From an uncultured Bacilli bacterium (GTDB taxonomy: Bacteria; Bacillota_I; Bacilli_A; RF39; UBA660), in assembly GCA_934183165.1 (NCBI GenBank), contig CAKPRZ010000001.1, positions 54,820 through 118,819 on the forward strand: a stretch of DNA of 64,000 nt, in the 5' to 3' direction. Both the position numbers and the translations under genes were made by a program. Within the stretch, counting starts at the first letter, position 1. The number at the start of each line of letters is the position of its first letter. The notes below the pieces were generated by a model. It worked only from the letters and a program-made list of their open reading frames with translations, had not been told where the DNA came from and made no database searches. Shown in pieces: positions 47,869 to 57,194 of this stretch.

Positions 47869-49609
47869 TTTTTCCCTCCAAATTTAAATAATAAAATTCA
47901 ATATTTTGAAATGGTAAATTTATAGCTTGAATATGATAATAAGCATTATTTTTTTGTTTTAGGTAATGATAATCCCTTAAAGCTGATGTCGTAAAGAAAA
48001 TATTATTAGAATTATCGATAGAATATTGACTATGGTACTCTTTAATTAAATTAGTTATATCATATTCATAGTAATATTCATTATTTGTATTAACACTATC
48101 TAAAACTCCTTTGTAAATTTGATGAGTTACAACATGTCGCTGTTTTGTTCTTTCTTCATCACCATAAGTAACTAAATTCCCACTAAGAATCATAATGTAT
48201 AAAGAATTATTTTCAGGATAATCACATTCTTCTTTAATTAAATTCTTTTTCATACAAATAACAATCTTACTTTGAGGCGTTATGTATATAATTTCTCTTG
48301 ATTTCTTTATTATTTGAGAAGAAAGCGGATATTTGATATCATCAACCTTTAATATAAAAGAATTATCATCATATATATATTTAAGTCTAGGATCACTATC
48401 AATAATGTCTTCTAATAAGGGATATGGACTATTAGTATCTTTTTTTATATATTTAGTAGCGTCTCCTATTCTCATTTTGGTTGCATATTGATATGTGAAT
48501 TCATTAAATTTATCTTCTAAATAGTTTCTATCTTTATACATTTGTTTTTGTAAAAGACAAGTATAACTTTTGTTTTGATTATATGTATTTTTTACAAATG
48601 GGCATCCTGTTTTGCATAAATATAAATAACTACAGTTAGCGCAATCCTCATTAAATGGTAGTTTATTATGATTGATAAAAATCTTCTTATAAGCTTCTTT
48701 TAATATATCATCAACCGTATTTGTATAAATATTTCCATAGTAATAATCAGGATTTTTTTGTCCTCTTACACAAGAATAAATATCTCCATTTCTTTCTAGT
48801 AAAAAGAATTTTTCACCACAATTGTCACAATTAGAGCAATAATCCGGTCCAAATTCATCAAACCATGCACCATTAACTCCACTATCTAAATCAGTCCCAT
48901 CAAATTCTTGATGCATTTTTATGTAGAAATCGACTTGTTCTTCTTCTGCTAAATGATGTAATAATCCATTTGAATTATAATCAAAACCTATCATAAAGTT
49001 AAAATCATTCATATCTAAACATGTATTTTTATTTAAAAATTTTATATCTTCAATAATCTCATCTATGTGTGAATAATGTTCTTTGAATATGGTAGATGAA
49101 ACTTTCTTCTTGTTTGGAATATTTTCTAATAGCTTTATATTATCTAAGATTCTTTCCAATGTCTTAGCTCCACCTTTAGTAACTCTGTATTCATTATGAA
49201 GCGATAAAGGTAAATCAAGACTTCCCGATATTGAAACATTAAATTCTTTAATAGTATCAATATGTTTTTCTATATCAAATAAATTTGTCTTTATATGTGG
49301 ATTACCGATTTTAAAGCCACCTTCATTTATAACTTGTTGATTTTCTTTATAATAATCACTTATAAATTTTATAACGTCATGAAAATCATCTTTACTTAAT
49401 GTTGTAACTTCTCCTCCATGAAGTGAAATATTAAATGGTATAACATTATTCTCTTTAAATTTTGAAATAGCATATTCTAATGTATCTAATGGTTTATATT
49501 TAGTTTTTAATTCTTTTGTATTATCCTCTAAATAGCAATATTTACATCCCATATTACATGCCATTGTTGGAACATACAATAAATGAATATATTTATAATT
49601 TTTTTCCAT
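47858..49609 (-). CDS. Radical SAM / SPASM-domain enzyme with a ~230-aa C-terminal extension (583 aa).
   Basis: CNMGCKYC (Cx3Cx2C) at aa 18-25. SPASM-type clusters CSNCDNCG ... C...CANCSYLYLCKTGCP...C. Confidence 0.85.
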   Translation of the reverse strand: MEKNYKYIHLLYVPTMACNMGCKYCYLEDNTKELKTKYKPLDTLEYAISKFKENNVIPFNISLHGGEVTTLSKDDFHDVIKFISDYYKENQQVINEGGFKIGNPHIKTNLFDIEKHIDTIKEFNVSISGSLDLPLSLHNEYRVTKGGAKTLERILDNIKLLENIPNKKKVSSTIFKEHYSHIDEIIEDIKFLNKNTCLDMNDFNFMIGFDYNSNGLLHHLAEEEQVDFYIKMHQEFDGTDLDSGVNGAWFDEFGPDYCSNCDNCGEKFFLLERNGDIYSCVRGQKNPDYYYGNIYTNTVDDILKEAYKKIFINHNKLPFNEDCANCSYLYLCKTGCPFVKNTYNQNKSYTCLLQKQMYKDRNYLEDKFNEFTYQYATKMRIGDATKYIKKDTNSPYPLLEDIIDSDPRLKYIYDDNSFILKVDDIKYPLSSQIIKKSREIIYITPQSKIVICMKKNLIKEECDYPENNSLYIMILSGNLVTYGDEERTKQRHVVTHQIYKGVLDSVNTNNEYYYEYDITNLIKEYHSQYSIDNSNNIFFTTSALRDYHYLKQKNNAYYHIQAINLPFQNIEFYYLNLEGKNER

Positions 49610-49618
49610 ATTATCCCC

Positions 49619-50611
49619 CTATTTATTGAAATATACAATTGTTGTTGGGCTTTCCTTAAAAGCGTTCTCATTAATATATACATCAAATGGAATTCTTATT
49701 TCATACAAATTATCACATTTTCTAAATGCTGATGACCCGATAGTTTGTAGATTCGAATCAGGACCAATTTCAACTAATTCTAAAGATTTATTCTTATAAA
49801 ATGCACGTCCTCCTATTCTAACTACACTATCAGGAATAGTAATACTTTGTAGTGAAGTGCATCCTTCAAAAGTACTTCCTTTTATTTCTCTAAGACTCTT
49901 AGGTAATTTAATACTACCTAGACGAACATCATTTTTAAATGTTTCACCTCTTATTTCTGTAATTGTATCCGGTAAAGTTACTTCTTTTAAAAATCTCATG
50001 TTAGAAAATGTATTACCTCTTAAACTTACTATATTTTTTCCTTTATAAGTAGCTGGAATTGTTGCAGTTTTAAAATTAGTAATTCCCGATATGTAGAACC
50101 TAACACCATATCCACCTTCCATTTTCTCATACAATATTATTGGTTTATAAAAAATTACTAAAGCAATAAAAACAGAAATCAAATTTATAATTATGAATCT
50201 TAATGAAGTATTATCCTTAGTTATAGATAGTTTACAATTCATAATAATATTAGAAATCTTTTCATTTGGTCTTGACATAATTTCTTTTTTTAAATATTTA
50301 ATCAAATCATATTTTGTATAATAATTAAGAAAAAAAAGTAAAATTATTATTCCTATCACATAAGAATAAGTTGGAAAATGAAAGAAAATCATTGCAATAA
50401 AAACAAATAAAAGTAATGCAAAAATGCTAGCCAATATTGTTTTTCTCTTTAACAATTCCGATGTTATTCCCGGATTATTAATATCCCACTCTATATTTTT
50501 CATTTCCCTTTTAATAAATTCTTCTATTAATTTGTCTTCATCATTCTCATATATTGGATCGACATTATTAGAAATTACTTTGACATTATCATCTAAACTT
50601 TCATTATTCAT
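49619..50611 (-). CDS. Membrane protein with a C-terminal BspA-type leucine-rich-repeat domain (330 aa).
   Basis: Three hydrophobic helices, then LRR_5-like repeats (LKEVTLPDTITEIRGETFKN / LGSIKLPKSLREIKGSTFEGC / LQSITIPDSVVRIGGRAFYKN). Confidence 0.65.
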   Translation of the reverse strand: MNNESLDDNVKVISNNVDPIYENDEDKLIEEFIKREMKNIEWDINNPGITSELLKRKTILASIFALLLFVFIAMIFFHFPTYSYVIGIIILLFFLNYYTKYDLIKYLKKEIMSRPNEKISNIIMNCKLSITKDNTSLRFIIINLISVFIALVIFYKPIILYEKMEGGYGVRFYISGITNFKTATIPATYKGKNIVSLRGNTFSNMRFLKEVTLPDTITEIRGETFKNDVRLGSIKLPKSLREIKGSTFEGCTSLQSITIPDSVVRIGGRAFYKNKSLELVEIGPDSNLQTIGSSAFRKCDNLYEIRIPFDVYINENAFKESPTTIVYFNK

Positions 50612-50726
50612 AACACAATACCCAACTTAATACCTTTCTACTTATATAAACATTATAACATATCAGCAATAGTTTTTCGACAATATATTATGTTTACTAA
50701 CATTTTATTTTTGAATAAAAACAATT

Positions 50727-51656
50727 TCATTTTCTAAAAAGAATTGTTATCCTAGCTAAAATATATGTAAAGGTATCATTTAAATAATTTTCTACATTCG
50801 TATTAAATTCAAGTTGCTCCTTTAAGCTAATAAAAGCATTTTTTATTTTATTGTCATAAAATCCTTTATCAAAATCATTATGTAATGTATCAATATCAAT
50901 ATCAATATTGGAAACCTTCAAGCTAAATATATCTTGATTTGAATATTTTAATAGTAAAGAAACTAAAAATACTTCTTCAAAGATATTAATTGATAAATCA
51001 GTACTATTGTTATATAAGTCTTTTAATAAAGCATTAATATTTAGAGCATTAAATCTTTTACAAAATATATTTTCAAAATTAATATAATTTAAATAGTTAC
51101 TGATAAGTTCTATGCCAATGTAATTACCTTTTTTCTTTAAAGGCATATAATCAAGAGTAATTTTAATGTCTTCTGGATTATTCATCTTATATACTTTAAA
51201 AAAAGCTTCCATTCCATCTTTTAATGTAGAATTATAAAAATAATTATTTACTTTTATAAGATTATGTTTAAAAACAGTTTCATAAAAAAACTTAGTTTTA
51301 CTAAATAATTCACCTATATATTTCAAACTCAATTGATATAAATTAGTGATATTTTCTTTTAAAAGAATTTCTATTATTTCATAAGAAGAATATTTTTTCA
51401 AATAAACTCCCATTGTCCATATCATGGATTTATAAATAACTTCTACTTCTTTCACAGGAATAGTATTTATTTTGTTTTTAAATTGCTCTTTTAATTGGTC
51501 TTTTAAAGCATTAAACATTTTATAATTAATTACCACGAATTCTTCTTTTGATATAATTTGATATTGAAAAAAGCAATTTATTATTTGTTCTAAATAATAA
51601 TTATTCTTTTCAATTTTAGGAATTTTAGGAACAATACTATTCATAAAATTTATCAC
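50727..51656 (-). CDS. Hypothetical cytoplasmic protein (309 aa).
   Basis: Intact ORF. Overlaps the upstream 142-aa gene by 20 nt. Confidence 0.5.
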   Translation of the reverse strand: MINFMNSIVPKIPKIEKNNYYLEQIINCFFQYQIISKEEFVVINYKMFNALKDQLKEQFKNKINTIPVKEVEVIYKSMIWTMGVYLKKYSSYEIIEILLKENITNLYQLSLKYIGELFSKTKFFYETVFKHNLIKVNNYFYNSTLKDGMEAFFKVYKMNNPEDIKITLDYMPLKKKGNYIGIELISNYLNYINFENIFCKRFNALNINALLKDLYNNSTDLSINIFEEVFLVSLLLKYSNQDIFSLKVSNIDIDIDTLHNDFDKGFYDNKIKNAFISLKEQLEFNTNVENYLNDTFTYILARITILFRK

Positions 51657-52065
51657 TTTCTAATTTATTTTTTAATTCATTCAAGCAAAAATCCTGTAGT
51701 ATTTCAATAGATCCTTCACAAACTCCATCAAAACTATTTTTAATATAATCAATAATCTCATCATCGTTTAAAAAGTTATCAAATTCTGATTGATATAAAT
51801 AAAAGGTTTCTATCAAGGCATTGACTATCTCATAATAATTATCACAATCAATAAAAGAAGATTCATAAAAGTTTTGAATCAAATAATTTACATTATTATA
51901 TATTTCAAATCTATTTAATTGCTTTAATAAAAGATTTTTATTTTCAATTAGTTGTATAGCTTGTTTCTTTGTTAATACCAAATTTCTTTCAGAGGTAATA
52001 TCATTAACACTAAGAACTTTTTTTATCTCTAAATCTAGATTCATATTATCAATTGATTTTATCAT
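51637..52065 (-). CDS. Hypothetical acidic cytoplasmic protein (142 aa).
   Basis: SD GAAGGGAGAA upstream. Lies downstream of the sigma gene terminator. Confidence 0.5.
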   Translation of the reverse strand: MIKSIDNMNLDLEIKKVLSVNDITSERNLVLTKKQAIQLIENKNLLLKQLNRFEIYNNVNYLIQNFYESSFIDCDNYYEIVNALIETFYLYQSEFDNFLNDDEIIDYIKNSFDGVCEGSIEILQDFCLNELKNKLESDKFYE

Positions 52066-52157
52066 GTATTTTCTCCCTTCGTTATTCTTAATATAATAAT
52101 TTCATTCAAAATACAAGTCTTGTAAACTAATTAAAATTATGTTAATGTGATAATAAG

Positions 52158-52188
52158 AAAACCAGTAATTTTAACATTTACTGGTTTA
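52158..52188 (-). terminator. Rho-independent terminator of the sigma-factor gene (accagtaa-N9-ttactggt plus T-rich run on minus). It overlaps the stop codon.
   Basis: Read from sequence. Confidence 0.45.
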
Positions 52189-53344
52189 TTTTTATATCAG
52201 TACTTTTTAAATACTTCTTCAATTTTTTTAAAGCTTTTTGTTCAGAATTTCTTACCCATTCGTGAGAACAACCCATTTTTTTAGAAATACTACGATATGA
52301 TAGTTGTTCATATCCATTGAATCCAAAACGATAATTTATTATTTCTCTTTCATTATAGGGAAGTTTGTCTACAATAAAATCTATTTGATCTAAAAAAATA
52401 TTCTTAGTTGCTTCCTCTTCAACATCATCATCGGAAGGTACAATTTCATGATATGATGTATCATCATCCAGTTTAATAGATGAATCAAGCCTGATTGGGG
52501 TAATTGAAATTAAATAAGACTCATAAAATTTATATTCCTTACTAGACAAATTAAACCTAGTCATAATTTCATTTGGTGTTAATTTTCTACAAAGCTCTTG
52601 TTCTAAGTCTTCAACTTGTTTTCTTATACTATTATATTTTAAATATGCCACCATATTTTTCTTTTTTGTTTTTTCATACACAGTGACTCTTCTTAATTCT
52701 CTTACAATACCTGTAGTCGCATATGTAGAAAAACGACAATTAAAATCTTTACTATAACCATCTACAGCTTTTAATAAAACGATATTTCCTTCACCTATCA
52801 AATCTAAAATATCTACTGTACTAATACTAGCATACTTCTTCGCTAAAGATACAACTAATCTTAAATTAGAATTAACCATATTATTAAAGGCATTTTTATA
52901 TACTAAATAATTTTTTACTTGACTTAAAATCTCTTTGTCGTCTAGTTGATTAGCTAAATCACTATCAACATCAAAGTCATTTTTCAAAGTTTCTATATCA
53001 GGCGCTTTGCTGTTTTTCTTACAATAATTCTGGTATTTAACAAGTTGTTCTAAATTTTTTTTATCTAAAGACATATTACTATTTTTATAAAAATCTATTA
53101 ATAATGAAATTACATCTGAATATACTGAGGAATTTACTAAATATAAAAATAATTTTTGTAAATCGATTCCTCTTATTTGAGTAGATCCAACTTTTATATT
53201 TTTTATAAAGGAAATGTTATCAACAAGCCCTAATTCATCAGTCAATTGCTTCTCTTCATCTTCATTCAATAAAGGATAATCTTCAATTTCTTTTAAATAA
53301 AGATGTAATGCATCAATATTTTCATAATCATTATTTTTTGACAT
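52178..53344 (-). CDS. Divergent sigma-70 family sigma factor (388 aa) with a non-canonical region 2.4.
   Basis: Region 1.2-like LHLYLKEIEDYPLL. Region 2 NLRLVVSLAKKY...LIGEGNIVLLKAVDGY...FSTYATTGIVRELRRV. Region 4 LSYRSISKKMGCSHEWVRNSEQKALKKL. Confidence 0.75.
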   Translation of the reverse strand: MSKNNDYENIDALHLYLKEIEDYPLLNEDEEKQLTDELGLVDNISFIKNIKVGSTQIRGIDLQKLFLYLVNSSVYSDVISLLIDFYKNSNMSLDKKNLEQLVKYQNYCKKNSKAPDIETLKNDFDVDSDLANQLDDKEILSQVKNYLVYKNAFNNMVNSNLRLVVSLAKKYASISTVDILDLIGEGNIVLLKAVDGYSKDFNCRFSTYATTGIVRELRRVTVYEKTKKKNMVAYLKYNSIRKQVEDLEQELCRKLTPNEIMTRFNLSSKEYKFYESYLISITPIRLDSSIKLDDDTSYHEIVPSDDDVEEEATKNIFLDQIDFIVDKLPYNEREIINYRFGFNGYEQLSYRSISKKMGCSHEWVRNSEQKALKKLKKYLKSTDIKINQ

Positions 53345-53423
53345 AAAAAGCCACTCCTTTTATAGCCTAATATTATAACATAATTTTATTAAATATAAAG
53401 AAAAAGAAGAAATTAAATTCCCT

Positions 53424-55037
53424 CTATTTTAATACATATGTATATTTTTTGTTTCGAATAGTTATATCCAAGTAAATATTATCAGCTTCTGCAACATCTT
53501 CATATACTTCAATATACTTATATTCTGAATCTATAGTTGTTTCTATCTCATTTATTCTAAATGGATTTGTATATTCTTTTTTATTCTTGACATATCTTAT
53601 TTGACCAAATTTACCAATAAATCTAGTAGAAACTTTTTCATTTGAAATGTTACTAAAATTAATATTTGCTTTTAGTCTCATTACTTTTTTACCATAATAG
53701 TCACTATAATCCGGTTGAACTATACCAGTAAATTTAGTGTCTTGCTCATTTATTTTTTCTTGATATTCATACTCATAGAAATTAGCAAAGTCTATTTCAC
53801 TAATCATAAGATTAAAATTACCAGCAATAGTATCTTTCATTTCAAGTGTTTTACCTAAACTTGCTTTATCAAGCAATTTGACTTTACCAACATTTTTAGG
53901 TTTAACTCTTATTTTGGCATAATTAAATGTTGTTTCTCCATTACCACTAGTGATACTTTTTAATATCTCAAAACGTTTTCTACTTTTCTTATATTGGTTA
54001 TCAACTTTAAAGACAAATATATATGTTTCTTGTTTTGATGGTTCTATTTTTTGTTTACTATACCCAACACCAAAATCAAGAAAGCTACTATAATTATTTG
54101 TATCTATTTCATATGATGCCTCATTACCCACTACTAGTTTAATATTATTGGTATTAAAAGCCTTAGCCTTATCACTATTATTCTTTAACTGAGCTTTAAT
54201 TATATAATATGTATACTTGTTTTTTGAAATATCAACATGTTTATAATTAGTAGTAGTTTGATAACTGTCTAAAACTTTAATTGAAAAGTCCCCAAGTTTA
54301 ACATTTGAGCCTTCTGAATAAACTCTATTATATACAAAGAAATTTAAAAACAATGATATAACTATATAAGATGACAATGCGATTGCAACAATTGTAAGGA
54401 TAACTTTATTTTCGTTTATTATGTATTTTGTAATTCTTAAACCTCGTCTAAATTTAGTTTTTACATCATTAGCGTCTAATTCAACAGCCAATTCAAATTC
54501 TTCACTATCAGCCGCAGTAATATCCATATCTTTTAGATCACTTTTAAAATCGAATTTCTTTATATTAAAACCTAGGCCTCTGATTAAGCAAATAATGATA
54601 AAAGGAAATTGAGCTAAATAGACCATAAATAGTAAATCACGTACTAAATTAACCAATTTTATAGTAGATGAATTTTGAACAAGACTATATATTTGTGAAT
54701 TTACAAAAACAAAGAAAATTAATAATATAGCGTAAAATATTATTGAAAAGACATAATACTTAGTTGGTTTCTTCTTTTTGTTCATCAATACAAATATTGC
54801 AATTAAAATACCAAGAACCGCCAAAAGAGCTAAAAAAGTAATCCAACCAACAGACTTTATACTTGGTTCTACATAAATTCTTAAATATTTACTAAGTTTA
54901 ATATACTCTTTAAAAAATTTAAAAATTCTATTTGTTTCATATCCAATTAAAATCAATAAAGTTGCCAAAGCTATATGAATTGCTCTAAAATGTTTAATTA
55001 AAAAAGCATAAGGTTTTCTTAAAATCACAACTATCAC
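53424..55037 (-). CDS. Polytopic membrane protein (~6 TM) with a large C-terminal extracytoplasmic beta-rich domain.
   Basis: N-terminal 230 aa are hydrophobic. The C-terminal 300 aa are polar with alternating beta-strand-like patterns. No catalytic motif. Confidence 0.55.
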   Translation of the reverse strand: MIVVILRKPYAFLIKHFRAIHIALATLLILIGYETNRIFKFFKEYIKLSKYLRIYVEPSIKSVGWITFLALLAVLGILIAIFVLMNKKKKPTKYYVFSIIFYAILLIFFVFVNSQIYSLVQNSSTIKLVNLVRDLLFMVYLAQFPFIIICLIRGLGFNIKKFDFKSDLKDMDITAADSEEFELAVELDANDVKTKFRRGLRITKYIINENKVILTIVAIALSSYIVISLFLNFFVYNRVYSEGSNVKLGDFSIKVLDSYQTTTNYKHVDISKNKYTYYIIKAQLKNNSDKAKAFNTNNIKLVVGNEASYEIDTNNYSSFLDFGVGYSKQKIEPSKQETYIFVFKVDNQYKKSRKRFEILKSITSGNGETTFNYAKIRVKPKNVGKVKLLDKASLGKTLEMKDTIAGNFNLMISEIDFANFYEYEYQEKINEQDTKFTGIVQPDYSDYYGKKVMRLKANINFSNISNEKVSTRFIGKFGQIRYVKNKKEYTNPFRINEIETTIDSEYKYIEVYEDVAEADNIYLDITIRNKKYTYVLK

Positions 55038-55092
55038 CTATCCTATCATATACTAGATATATTATACAAAATTTTTAGCAAAAAAAAAAGAG

Positions 55093-55539
55093 TTATTGTC
55101 GATAAGATAATAACTGTTCAGGTAAAAGATAAATATTTAGGTTATCTTTAATAAATATTTCTGGTGTTGTTCCTTCTTTAATTGCAACACTTTCTAATGT
55201 ATCACCAAGTTTCGTTACATAAAATTTAACACCTGGAAGAGGAACTAACAAAATTTGATTAGGATATAAGTAATCATAAACTTTAATTCCATTAATTTCA
55301 GCAAGTAGCTCACTATCTATATCATATTTTGTTGCTATCCCATACAAAGTATCACCTTTTTTTACTTGATAATACTCAAACCTATCTGTTGCCCTTACTG
55401 GAATTTTAATAACTTGGCCATCTTTTAAACTCATCAAATCAATTGTATTAACTCTTTCAATATCACTAACATCAATATTAAACTTTTTAGCAATATCTCC
55501 TATATTTTCTCCTGAAGAAACAGTATATTCAATAATCAT
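55093..55539 (-). CDS. Protein with three LysM domains (no signal peptide).
   Basis: YTVSSGENIGDIAKKFNIDVSDIERVN; YQVKKGDTLYGIATKYDIDSELLAEIN; YVTKLGDTLESVAIKEGTTPEIFIKDN. SD AGGAGTGA. Confidence 0.75.
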   Translation of the reverse strand: MIIEYTVSSGENIGDIAKKFNIDVSDIERVNTIDLMSLKDGQVIKIPVRATDRFEYYQVKKGDTLYGIATKYDIDSELLAEINGIKVYDYLYPNQILLVPLPGVKFYVTKLGDTLESVAIKEGTTPEIFIKDNLNIYLLPEQLLSYRQ

Positions 55540-55589
55540 ATAATCACTCCTAATTAAATATATGATTTTATTTTATTTATAAAACAAAA

Positions 55590-55612
55590 AAGAGCTTCAA
55601 AATTAAGCTCTT
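55590..55612 (-). terminator. Rho-independent terminator of the thioredoxin-like gene (aagagctt-caaaatt-aagctctt plus T6).
   Basis: Read from sequence. Confidence 0.5.
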
Positions 55613-56114
55613 ATTTAATAAGTCCATTATTTGTTAGGAATGTAACGAACTCATCTGATTGCGTAAGACCAACTACAGAATCAACAATTTTGCCTTGTTT
55701 TACTATTAATGTTGTTGGAGTACCAAATTCACTACCATCTTCTCCAAACAATTTTTCATCAAGTTTGAAAATTGATGACATCTCACTGCTACTTAAATTA
55801 TCTGTATTCAAATAATGGAATACTAAATTATATTGTGTAGCTAGAGCCTGAACAATTGGCTTTTGACGTTGACAGAAAGTACATCCAGGTCTTGCAATAT
55901 AAATAATCGAAGGTTCATCTCCATTTAATAATGTTGTAAATTCTGTCATGCCTATTTCAGGTAAATCTGTAGAACTATTACTTGTTGTTTTATTACAATA
56001 TTTTAATTCAGAAGCAAAATATGCAAATCCTACAACTATAATAAGTGCTAGTACTGCTACTACAACAGTTAAAATATTTTCTTTTTTAGTTCCTTTCATA
56101 AAAAACCTCCCCAT
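55611..56114 (-). CDS. Membrane-anchored thioredoxin-family thiol-disulfide oxidoreductase.
   Basis: N-terminal TM. CxxC active site in PGCTFCQRQKP. Confidence 0.7.
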   Translation of the reverse strand: MGRFFMKGTKKENILTVVVAVLALIIVVGFAYFASELKYCNKTTSNSSTDLPEIGMTEFTTLLNGDEPSIIYIARPGCTFCQRQKPIVQALATQYNLVFHYLNTDNLSSSEMSSIFKLDEKLFGEDGSEFGTPTTLIVKQGKIVDSVVGLTQSDEFVTFLTNNGLIK

Positions 56115-56127
56115 AAATATAGTCTAA

Positions 56128-56772
56128 TTATACCATATCAGTTACAAATTTTAACAAATTTTGGACAATTTTTTCCAAAATTTCACATAAAGCATTAATT
56201 ATTTGATCAATTATACTGTCTTTGTTCTTTTTCTTTTTACTAGTTTTTGTTGATTTAGTATTTTTACTACTACTTTTATTGTCTTCTGTAGTTTGCTGTA
56301 CACTCCAAATGCCTTTTTTGCTTTCTTTAGCAATACTTTCTACTTTCTTAAGGTCATCTGTATATTGATATTTACCATAAAGATACGCAACTTTGGCATA
56401 TCCTTGTTCTATTAAATCCTCTTGTAACAACTTATTATCAACATATACCCATACTAAATGACGTTTATATTTATCTGTTTTATCACTACCGGGATCATAT
56501 TCAATCATGATTTCTTTGGCATTTTTAAGCTTATTACATGTATATTCACTAGCTTCCTTTCCAAAAGGTTGTACTTCCTTTGTAGGATGAACTGATTCTG
56601 GCGTATCTATTGCTAAAAACCTAGCCTTTATTTCTTCTTTTTTTAAAATAAATCGTGCAGTATCACCATCAACACACTTTGATAATTTAACATTATACTT
56701 TTCAGAAGCATAAATATCATTACAAGTAAAAAATAATATAATTGCCAAAATTAAATAACCAAACTTTTTCAT
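56128..56772 (-). CDS. Secreted thermonuclease (staphylococcal nuclease/SNase family) with a Lys/Ser-rich C-terminal tail.
   Basis: Signal peptide. SKCVDGDTARF ... RFLAIDTPES ... GKYQYTDD SNase motifs. Confidence 0.8.
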   Translation of the reverse strand: MKKFGYLILAIILFFTCNDIYASEKYNVKLSKCVDGDTARFILKKEEIKARFLAIDTPESVHPTKEVQPFGKEASEYTCNKLKNAKEIMIEYDPGSDKTDKYKRHLVWVYVDNKLLQEDLIEQGYAKVAYLYGKYQYTDDLKKVESIAKESKKGIWSVQQTTEDNKSSSKNTKSTKTSKKKKNKDSIIDQIINALCEILEKIVQNLLKFVTDMV

Positions 56773-56781
56773 AAAACACCT

Positions 56782-56805
56782 CTAAAAAAAGACTTATTAA
56801 GTCTT
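56782..56805 (-). terminator. Rho-independent terminator of the small zinc-ribbon gene (aagactt-att-aagtctt plus T7).
   Basis: Read from sequence. Confidence 0.5.
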
Positions 56806-56977
56806 ATTTGTTCATATTTGCGTTTCTTTCAGCTTTTCTCTTATCACGACAAGCTTTGCATCTTTTTGGTTCATTATTAAATCCTTTTTCTGCATAAAAA
56901 GCTTGATCTCTTGCTGTAAATGTAAATTCTTCGCCACAGTCGACACATTTTATTGTCTTGTCTTTATATTCGTTCAT
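56804..56977 (-). CDS. Small zinc-ribbon protein (57 aa). It is not in the supplied ORF track.
   Basis: MNEYKDKTIKCVDCGEEFTFTARDQAFYAEKGFNNEPKRCKACRDKRKAERNANMNK. A perfect SD AGGAGG lies 6 nt upstream. CxxC...CxxC motifs. Terminator downstream. Confidence 0.5.
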   Translation of the reverse strand: MNEYKDKTIKCVDCGEEFTFTARDQAFYAEKGFNNEPKRCKACRDKRKAERNANMNK

Positions 56978-57194
56978 CTTACTACCTCCTTAACTAATAT
57001 TTGGATCCATTTAGACTATTTATTTTCTTCAATATTACTTAAAGGATAATAAGTGTCAAATAAATCTGTGATATCATCACAATATAAATTGTACCATATC
57101 AATTAATCATATGCAAACAAATATAATTAATATTATTTTTTTGTTGTCATTTATAAAGATTTAGTATAATATATTTAAAAAAAGTGGTGATAAT

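Noticed and set aside
52178-53344. Interpreting the sigma gene as the housekeeping rpoD.
   Set aside because: The invariant WW..Q -10-recognition residues of region 2.4 are replaced (TTGIVRE) and region 4.2 is divergent. It is more consistent with an alternative sigma factor.
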